Of a stretch of DNA of 64,000 nucleotides, positions 41,857-49,235 are shown in pieces. The stretch's first letter is position 1, and every line of letters begins with the position of its first letter. The notes below the pieces were generated by a model. It searched no databases, was not told the origin of the DNA, and saw only the letters and a list, made by a program, of their open reading frames with translations. The translations under genes were made by a program, and so were the position numbers. Source of the DNA: Verrucomicrobiaceae bacterium (GTDB lineage: Bacteria > Verrucomicrobiota > Verrucomicrobiia > Verrucomicrobiales > Akkermansiaceae); assembly GCA_051252135.1 (NCBI GenBank), contig JBPOGH010000001.1, positions 384,001 to 448,000 on the forward strand, given 5' to 3'.

Positions 41857-43496
41857 TCACTCTGATTTTTCTGACGTCGACCCTGCTCAACCACCTCCAA
41901 AGGGCCGGTTTTCCTCTTATCCAACGATGAAAGGTCCGACGACTGCTCGTCATCGACCTCTTTCGGATAATTGACCCGGGCATGGAGCATGCTCCGCAAG
42001 GTCTTGGCAAAGACCGCCCGGATTTTCGTAAGCTCAGACAAAGTGAGATCACAACCATCCAACTGCCCATCCCGTATCCTCTTGAGAACGATTTCATCAA
42101 CGAGAGCCCTGATCTTCCCAGGGGAAGGCTTACTTAGAGTACGGGAAGCACTCTCAATGGCGTCCGCCAACGAAATAATCCCACTTTCCCGTGATTGCGG
42201 GATGGGACCAGGATAACGAAAACTTTTCTCATCCACATTTGGAAGATCATCCGAACTCCCCTTGCTCTCATTCTCCTTTCTTTCTTCTGCAAGAATTCTC
42301 TCCTGAGCCCGTCGATAGAAGTAATAAACCAAGGAGTCGCCGTGGTGCTCTTGAATCACTTCAATGATCCTCGGATTGAGTTTGTTTTTGATCGCCAAAT
42401 CCACGCCCTCTTTGACGTGGGCAATAATGATCAACGCACTCATCGTGGGAGTCAGTGTGTCGTGCGGATTATCGTCCCCCTGATTTTCAATGAAATATTC
42501 GGGCTTGGTCAATTTTCCGATATCGTGGAAATATGCGCAAACCCGACTCATAAGGGCATCCGCACCCACTTCCTCAGCGGCAGACTCCGCCAGCGCAGCC
42601 ACCATCAGGCTGTGATGGAAAGTGCCGGGTGCCTCGACCTGCATACGCCGGAGAAGAGGATGATTCAGATCACTTAACTCCAACCAGGTGATCTCTGTCG
42701 TCAGATCGAAAATACTCTCAAGAATGGGCAAAATCCCGCCGACGATCAGACCGGTTGCCAATCCAATCCCCAAAGCCACCAAACAGGCTTGGCCAAATGC
42801 CCGCAACGCCTCGACCTCATTGAGCCCGGAGATCGAAATTTTTCCATAGAGCAAATCGAGGAGCAAAGCTGCCGCACCGACGTAAAACCCCGCACGGAGA
42901 AGTTTCCCTCGTTTTCGAACTCGCTTGGTTCCAAACACCGCCACCAAACCACAGAAAAGGCTCATCGCCAAAAACGGCCAGCGATCATCCTCAGCCACCA
43001 ACAACGCCCCAAAAAGGCTCACAAACACAGCCGAATAAACTCCGGCCCTTTGGCCAAGTAGGACCGAGTGAACCATCGGTGCGAATGCCAAAGGCATCAC
43101 CAAAAACCTCGCACTCTCAGGCAACCAGCCAGCCGACAAGCCACTCGTTACGTGAACCAACCAAAGGTGAAAAAGAATCCCCCCATAAACCAGAAGGACA
43201 TTTCCATTTCTCCTCGAAGCCTGCTGGTGGTTGAAATGAAAAATCGCAATCGCCGATATCAATAACACCAGTGCCACGGCAAGCACTTGCAGTTGTCCCA
43301 GGCCTGCAATCGATGAGGCATTCCACAAAAGCGCGGAAATCCCCCCGGCAAAGACCAAATAGATTCCCGCCCGAACCAGCACACTCCTGCTCAAAAACCA
43401 AAAAAGCCCCTTCTCCTTACTGGTTCGACGCTTTTTTCCGGAGGAAAGCCCCTGCTGGACCAGCCGCCACCGTCTAAAATCATCGACTAGGCCCAT
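41853..43496 (-). CDS. Membrane HDIG-domain phosphohydrolase (7TM-HD, PgpH-like)
   Basis: Multi-TM N-terminus, then APGTFHHS, YFHDIGK, YFIENQ, EHHGDS, FRYPGP and LADAIESASR. Confidence 0.88.
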   Translation of the reverse strand: MGLVDDFRRWRLVQQGLSSGKKRRTSKEKGLFWFLSRSVLVRAGIYLVFAGGISALLWNASSIAGLGQLQVLAVALVLLISAIAIFHFNHQQASRRNGNVLLVYGGILFHLWLVHVTSGLSAGWLPESARFLVMPLAFAPMVHSVLLGQRAGVYSAVFVSLFGALLVAEDDRWPFLAMSLFCGLVAVFGTKRVRKRGKLLRAGFYVGAAALLLDLLYGKISISGLNEVEALRAFGQACLVALGIGLATGLIVGGILPILESIFDLTTEITWLELSDLNHPLLRRMQVEAPGTFHHSLMVAALAESAAEEVGADALMSRVCAYFHDIGKLTKPEYFIENQGDDNPHDTLTPTMSALIIIAHVKEGVDLAIKNKLNPRIIEVIQEHHGDSLVYYFYRRAQERILAEERKENESKGSSDDLPNVDEKSFRYPGPIPQSRESGIISLADAIESASRTLSKPSPGKIRALVDEIVLKRIRDGQLDGCDLTLSELTKIRAVFAKTLRSMLHARVNYPKEVDDEQSSDLSSLDKRKTGPLEVVEQGRRQKNQSE

Positions 43497-43598
43497 TCTT
43501 AAAAAGGTTGGAAAATTAAATGACGGAATTCCCCATCAATCAGCCTGCCAATACTCCGGAGAGGAAATGAGATCAAGCCGGAACGATTGACCCAACGG

Positions 43599-43910
43599 TC
43601 AACCCAAACGAAAAACGATGCGCGCTTTGGTCGTGTCATAGGGAGACATCTCCATTTTGACACGGTCGCCAATCACGAGACGAATGAATCGCTTCCGCAT
43701 CTTCCCTGAGATGTGGGCAAGCACTTCGTGGCCGCTAGGAAGCTCAACTTTGAACATGGTTCCTGCAAGGACAGCGGAAATGACTCCCTCTACCTCAACA
43801 GACTTCTGTTCGGCATTCTCGTCTACGGTTTTGGCAGATCGGGGGCCGCGCTGTTGATTGCGACGACGTCCACCGCCACCTCTCCGGAAATTTCTAGGTC
43901 TAGCGATAAT
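43599..43910 (-). CDS. infA: Translation initiation factor IF-1 with RG-rich N-terminal extension and probable non-canonical start (ATT 43910 or ATC 43907)
   Basis: Hand translation ...KSVEVEGVISAVLAGTMFKVELPSGHEVLAHISGKMRKRFIRLVIGDRVKMEMSPYDTTKARIVFRLG*. Absent from the ORF track. Identity is secure, the start is inferred. Confidence 0.92.
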   Translation of the reverse strand: MIARPRNFRRGGGGRRRNQQRGPRSAKTVDENAEQKSVEVEGVISAVLAGTMFKVELPSGHEVLAHISGKMRKRFIRLVIGDRVKMEMSPYDTTKARIVFRLG

Positions 43911-43945
43911 AAAGTTGGGTTGTGAGCCGCAATGCGACTGGCAGT

Positions 43946-43974
43946 ATTATCGTATTCCCTCAGCACTTTGGCAA
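43946..43974 (-). promoter_or_regulatory. Sigma70-like promoter of infA (TTGCCA-N17-GATAAT)
   Basis: Both hexamers match consensus 5/6, with an exact 17-nt spacer. Confidence 0.65.
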
Positions 43975-44042
43975 TGGAAAAAAACAGTAAGAGCCTTTCT
44001 TGCCTGAAGTGACCGTCACGTCTATTTATTAATCCGTCGAAT

Positions 44043-47000
44043 ATGGGTGTTTTCCAAAAGTTTTACCAATCTACCAGAAGGTTCCTGAATCGGGGCTCGG
44101 CAAGCCAACGGGAAATCAACATGGCCCGATCTCTTCTTGCCGTCTTCTCTTCCTTCATTACATCGGACGAGAAGATCGAAACTGTCGAAGTGGAAATTGC
44201 CTTCGACTTCGTGAGAAACACGTTTCCCAATGCTGATCATAACAGACTTGGTAAATACTTGGAAACAGCCCTCTCTAACCGCCCCCTTCTCTCACCTCAC
44301 CTCACCCGCTTGAAACGCTCACTCACCAGAGAGCAAAAAGCCGCTTTTGCCCTGCAACTCTTTGCCGTCATCCGAGCCGGAAAAAACGTTTCTCCGGCAT
44401 CGCAGGAGGATTACCTCGGAGTAATGGGCAGTCTGGGCTGGAAAGCAATTGGCCAGGCAGTTGTAAATGAAATGATGGAGCCTGATTCGGATGCATCCCC
44501 CATCCTTCCCCGTCTTGATTTTGCCTCGGGAGAGACAGGCCAGGTTCGACTGAGCAACGAAGAACAGGAAGCCCACTTCCGATGTTACCGGGCTGGCGGC
44601 ATCCTCCTCCTCCGGAATATGTCCGAACACCCCCTCTGGGTCCGTGGTTACCAAATTGAAAAGGATCAACTCATTCAGTTTCGGACCACCGATGAGGTCG
44701 TGGTTGCGGGTTGGCATCTCGGCTTCGACGACCTCAATTTTTTCCTTCAAGATTCATCCCAAACCCTGTTCCTAATTTTAGACCAAGGAGAATTGACAAT
44801 GAGCCGCGCCAAATCACGGCTCGCGGTTGCAAAGCTGATCTTTGGCCATACCGCCAAAATCACTCCGCTCCGGGATTCGCTGCTCGCCGACGCCTCAGGC
44901 CAACAACTTTCAAAGGGCGAGGAATTCGAGTGCCATTACCACAACCTCATCAGCGTAGGCGGAGAGAAGCCGGTCGCTATCGAATCCCTTAGACGACTGA
45001 GCCTTCAGGATGGTCACCGGTTCAAACTTCCGGCTGGAAGACGCAAAGTAATCGTCTCGAACGATCATGCCGAACTTTCCGGAGACAGCGTTTTGGTTAC
45101 TCCTGGATTAGCAGGAAGATTTGTCATTGAGCTCGAATTTGATCCCGACACCGGGATGGGAGACGCTCGTGTGATTGAATCCAGCCAGATCATCACCGCT
45201 AACGGGAGGCCCTTGGGCACGGTCCCGCTTCCAGATGGAGCACTCATTCGCTTAAGTAGCCGCCAAGCACTCAGGTGTCGCTTTTCGGAAAACCATCTCG
45301 ATGAAGAAAGGAATCTCGTTCGCTCACTGGAAGTGGAGGGAATTAACTACTCATTCTGGAAGGCCGGGAAGACGATCGACAACCTGTCCTTTCAAGTATC
45401 ACGGGGAGAGATGGTCTGCATCATTGGGCCAAGTGGCAGCGGCAAGAGCACCTTACTCGAAATTCTTGCCGGTCAGAGACGCCCCCAAAGCGGCAGCGTA
45501 AGACTCAACGGTCTTTCACTTTATGAGCGGCAGGGTCGCCTTTCTCCCCTCATTTCCTTCATGCCCCAGGAGGAAGCTTTGAATTCGTTGCTTACTACGA
45601 GGGAGCATTTGGAGCACGCCTGTGCTATTCGCAGACCACACCTCTCCCCCGAAGTCATCCGCAAGCGGGCGAGCTATATCATTGATGATCTTGGTTTGGA
45701 ACGCATTGCAGAGAGACCGGTCGGAAGCGCGGATTCCAAAAGCCTTTCCGGAGGGGAGCGTTCAAGATTGAACGCGGGCTTGGACCTCATTGGCGGAGGT
45801 GAAATCTTTCTTTTTGACGAACCCATATCCGGCCTTTCCTCCAAAGACGCCGAACACGTGGTCGAAGCACTGGAGGGCTTGGCCAGAGATAAAATTGTTA
45901 TCGCCTCCCTGCACCGACCCAGTGAAAACGTGCTGAAATCCTTCGATCGCGTGCTCTTGCTTGATCGCGGAGGAAAAATGGCCTTCTTCGGACCACCGGA
46001 GGAAATGATCCACTACTTCGCAGAAGCCCAAGAGGATTTGTCCATACGGTCGGGGCTTCACCGAGCCCAAAAAGACCAGACCGGAGCGGACTTCGTATTT
46101 GATATTCTTGAAGCTCCCTTCCTAAATCTCACTCAGCGCATCGGCAGTCGGTCCCAACGACGGTTCCCACCCACCTTCTGGCAGGAGCGATTTGAAAACC
46201 GCCGTGTCATGGCACACTTGTCCACCACCGGCAGATCAACCTTTACTGGCTCGCACGACCTTCCAACAGCCGATGATAAAATCCCTGCGCCCGAACCACC
46301 CCAACATGGGCGGCGGCAGAAATGGATGATTTTCAAGACTCACCTTGCCAGAGCGTTTAAATCCAAAATCCGCCATCGCGGAACTCTGTATACGGTCCTC
46401 CTTGAGGCACCGCTCCTTGCCATTCTCATTGCCTACACCTTACATGCTTCCGCCGATGGCAGTTACGAATTTCACGACTCCCTCCACCTCCCCTCCTACC
46501 TATTTTTGGCCGTGACCGTGGCAATGTTCTTTGGTCTCACCAACTCCGCGACGGAAGTGCTCCGTGACCGCCCCATTTTGCGAAGGGAGCGAAATTGCCG
46601 TCCGCACCCCCTCCTCTATCTGGGCTCTAAATTTTTGGTCTTAACTTCTCTTATTGCGCTTCAGTCACTGGCATTCATTGCGGTGGCACACAAAATTCTG
46701 GAGATTCATAATATGCTTTGGGTCCACCTCGGTTGGATGACCCTGACGGGATGCTGCGGAACCGGCCTGGCGCTCTTGGTTTCGGTCCTATCAAAGTCCG
46801 AGCGAACCGCGCTTGGCTCCATCCCACTCATCTTAGTCCCACAAATCCTGCTTGCGGGAGCGCTAATCCCCTTTTCAGAAATGAACCGAGGCCTCTTTCG
46901 GGACGGATCGGAGGGTCGGGAGCGCGGAGCGGAACCCGCTCCTTCGATCGCCATGCCCTTACGCTACGCTTATGAAGGATCAATAGTGAGCCAGGCAACT

Positions 47001-47477
47001 GACAACCATTTCGAACAGGCACGGCGACCACTTCAGGAACGAATTAATGGCCTCACGGAAGCCGCATCTCGTGAGGGTAACGAGGAAGGACTACGCCAGT
47101 CCAAACAAGAGCTGGGAATTCTTTTTGCTGCAACAGCCTCAACGGTAGACCAAGCTCGGGAAATCATCGCCTCTCCCACCTTGGAAACCGCGGAAGCTGT
47201 CCAAAACTCAAACGACTCAAGTTCATCCGAGAATGACAAAACACTCGCTCAGTTTTTCGTAAATCAGCGAGTTGAGGGTCTCGTGGAACTCGCCGAAACT
47301 CACCGGCTGGACGACCGAAAACTGACCACTTCCAAGGTATTCCTTGCGGAAAAAAAGTCAGCCTTTGGGGTTACGATAAGTACCGCCTCATACTGTCGAA
47401 TCAGACTCCTGATACTCACCACCATATTTCTCCTGGGATCGGCAGTCTCACTTCAGCTTTCACTTCGGAGTCACTGA
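44043..47477 (+). CDS. Large fused ABC transporter (N-terminal TerB-like and beta-rich/FHA-like regions, NBD, ABC-2-type permease)
   Basis: GPSGSGKS, LSGGERSR, FLFDEPISGL and LHRP, followed by a multi-TM permease (NBD-TMD order). N-terminal domain calls are tentative. Confidence 0.85.
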   Translation: MGVFQKFYQSTRRFLNRGSASQREINMARSLLAVFSSFITSDEKIETVEVEIAFDFVRNTFPNADHNRLGKYLETALSNRPLLSPHLTRLKRSLTREQKAAFALQLFAVIRAGKNVSPASQEDYLGVMGSLGWKAIGQAVVNEMMEPDSDASPILPRLDFASGETGQVRLSNEEQEAHFRCYRAGGILLLRNMSEHPLWVRGYQIEKDQLIQFRTTDEVVVAGWHLGFDDLNFFLQDSSQTLFLILDQGELTMSRAKSRLAVAKLIFGHTAKITPLRDSLLADASGQQLSKGEEFECHYHNLISVGGEKPVAIESLRRLSLQDGHRFKLPAGRRKVIVSNDHAELSGDSVLVTPGLAGRFVIELEFDPDTGMGDARVIESSQIITANGRPLGTVPLPDGALIRLSSRQALRCRFSENHLDEERNLVRSLEVEGINYSFWKAGKTIDNLSFQVSRGEMVCIIGPSGSGKSTLLEILAGQRRPQSGSVRLNGLSLYERQGRLSPLISFMPQEEALNSLLTTREHLEHACAIRRPHLSPEVIRKRASYIIDDLGLERIAERPVGSADSKSLSGGERSRLNAGLDLIGGGEIFLFDEPISGLSSKDAEHVVEALEGLARDKIVIASLHRPSENVLKSFDRVLLLDRGGKMAFFGPPEEMIHYFAEAQEDLSIRSGLHRAQKDQTGADFVFDILEAPFLNLTQRIGSRSQRRFPPTFWQERFENRRVMAHLSTTGRSTFTGSHDLPTADDKIPAPEPPQHGRRQKWMIFKTHLARAFKSKIRHRGTLYTVLLEAPLLAILIAYTLHASADGSYEFHDSLHLPSYLFLAVTVAMFFGLTNSATEVLRDRPILRRERNCRPHPLLYLGSKFLVLTSLIALQSLAFIAVAHKILEIHNMLWVHLGWMTLTGCCGTGLALLVSVLSKSERTALGSIPLILVPQILLAGALIPFSEMNRGLFRDGSEGRERGAEPAPSIAMPLRYAYEGSIVSQATDNHFEQARRPLQERINGLTEAASREGNEEGLRQSKQELGILFAATASTVDQAREIIASPTLETAEAVQNSNDSSSSENDKTLAQFFVNQRVEGLVELAETHRLDDRKLTTSKVFLAEKKSAFGVTISTASYCRIRLLILTTIFLLGSAVSLQLSLRSH

Positions 47478-48320
47478 CACCTCGTCTCCAAGGGTCTTGC
47501 TCAATGAGCTGATGACAGCCTCAATCACCTCTCTGCTTAGGGGTGCCGATACGATAATCCCAAGCACGACCAGACCAAACTTGGAGCGCTTTGGAACAAC
47601 CTGCAGCACCCGGTCCACCCCGATCTTCACATGCGGACTTGCCAAGCCGCCAACATCGGCAACCTGTCGACTCGCACTGCTCGAAGCATGCGCTAGCGTC
47701 CGGGCGACTTTTACCAATTTACTGTTTCCGATTTCATCTGCAATGATCTCTCCATTGCGATCACAAACGAAAAAAGCTTCGGCAGGCACGGCACGCTTCA
47801 GCCACTCTCCAAAAACCTCCATTCGCCGCGCCAGAGGTTGCCCTGATGACGTCGATGAACTTTCTATCGGTTGAATCGATGCCCTCTGGACCACCGGCTC
47901 CGGAAGGACCGTTTTGGCCGAATCACCAGCCAACTTAAATGGAGATTCGATCGGCCCCGAAGAAACAGGCTGCATCGTCACCTCCTGCGATGGCTCCTTG
48001 CGCGGAGAACGGGTTACGACCGGTTCAATCTCCATCACTTGCACATCGGATTCGCCATGCATCGGAGGAGCCTGGGAGAGTCCTGCGGAATCTACCATTC
48101 CACGGGCAGCTGAGAGTGTCTCCATAGCTGAACGCCGTGCGACCTCGACGTTTCCAAAATTTCGATCGTCCCCTCCAGCTTCCATGTAACCCACAAACCC
48201 GGCCCCATACACACACTCCGCTTCATCATTAACCGGGAGCGGAGGCGTAGACATCAGGCTTTCGGCAAGCTTCCGAAGCTCACCGGCATCAATCCATTGG
48301 TTGACCGCATCAGCCTGCAT
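47460..48320 (-). CDS. Hypothetical protein, P/S-rich linker plus roadblock/profilin-like C-terminal domain
   Basis: Starts 3 nt after the ParA stop. The C-terminal pattern AEAFFVCDRNGEIIA...VLQVV...FGLVVLGIIV suggests a roadblock-type fold. Confidence 0.6.
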   Translation of the reverse strand: MQADAVNQWIDAGELRKLAESLMSTPPLPVNDEAECVYGAGFVGYMEAGGDDRNFGNVEVARRSAMETLSAARGMVDSAGLSQAPPMHGESDVQVMEIEPVVTRSPRKEPSQEVTMQPVSSGPIESPFKLAGDSAKTVLPEPVVQRASIQPIESSSTSSGQPLARRMEVFGEWLKRAVPAEAFFVCDRNGEIIADEIGNSKLVKVARTLAHASSSASRQVADVGGLASPHVKIGVDRVLQVVPKRSKFGLVVLGIIVSAPLSREVIEAVISSLSKTLGDEVSVTPK

Positions 48321-48323
48321 CTC

Positions 48324-49103
48324 TTATCTATGGTAGCCGTCAAAAGACAGCTTTGCTTCTAATTCCGCCCGCAATCCGTCGAAGACAGCCAATGCCCCGG
48401 CCCCCTCATCCATCACTCCCACCGGAAGCCCCTTGGCACTTGCTCTAATAAACAAATCATCCCGTGGGACTACTGTTCTCATTACCATCTCAGGTGGGAG
48501 AATATTTCGTAAAGCTTCCGCAGCCTCCAGACTCTCAGCAAGGTGGGGCTGCACCATTGTCATCACCACCCCAAGAACCTGAAGATTCGGGTTCACCACC
48601 CGCATTCTTGCCAAAGCTTCCAGCATCTTTGGAACAGACCTCACCCCCAATGGCTCTGCCTGTTGAGGAACCAATACTCCGGTCGAAGAACAGAGAACAT
48701 CAGCGGTCGCACCAAACAACCCGGCCGCAGTGTCGATGATGCAAATATCAAAACCCATCTCCTGGGTCTCCCTTAAAAATGACCGAACACGATGCAAGCT
48801 CGCTCCCATCACTCCCCCACCAAGTTCATAAGCGCTGCTGTGACCTGAAGCCACCAGACTCAAAGTTTCGAGCCGGGTCGGAACAATCAAGGATTCTGCA
48901 CTCAAGCTAGGATCAGAAAGCAGATCATAAAATCCGGTAAGATGACGGGATTGCCGGGTTAAAGAAAGGCCAACGGAACCTTGAGGATCGGAATCGACCA
49001 ATAAAGTTCTTCGTCCGCTTCGGGCAAAGGCATGGGCCAAGTTGATTGCCACGGTCGTCTTTCCGACACCTCCCTTTTGGCTGGTAATTGCAAGAGTGAT
49101 CAC
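48324..49103 (-). CDS. ParA/Soj/MinD-family ATPase (no parB adjacent)
   Basis: Deviant Walker A QKGGVGKTT, LLVDSDPQGS and IIDTAAG. Confidence 0.9.
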   Translation of the reverse strand: MITLAITSQKGGVGKTTVAINLAHAFARSGRRTLLVDSDPQGSVGLSLTRQSRHLTGFYDLLSDPSLSAESLIVPTRLETLSLVASGHSSAYELGGGVMGASLHRVRSFLRETQEMGFDICIIDTAAGLFGATADVLCSSTGVLVPQQAEPLGVRSVPKMLEALARMRVVNPNLQVLGVVMTMVQPHLAESLEAAEALRNILPPEMVMRTVVPRDDLFIRASAKGLPVGVMDEGAGALAVFDGLRAELEAKLSFDGYHR

Positions 49104-49235
49104 TACTGGGCTGGAGAACTAAAAAACTACTTCGATTGGGCTGCGCAAGAGGAAAGCATTTCCCGTGGGCTTTGTCTGGTCATTTTGCCGAATTTTCTTA
49201 CTCTGCCCCTCTCCCCCCGGTTTGACCTAGCACTG

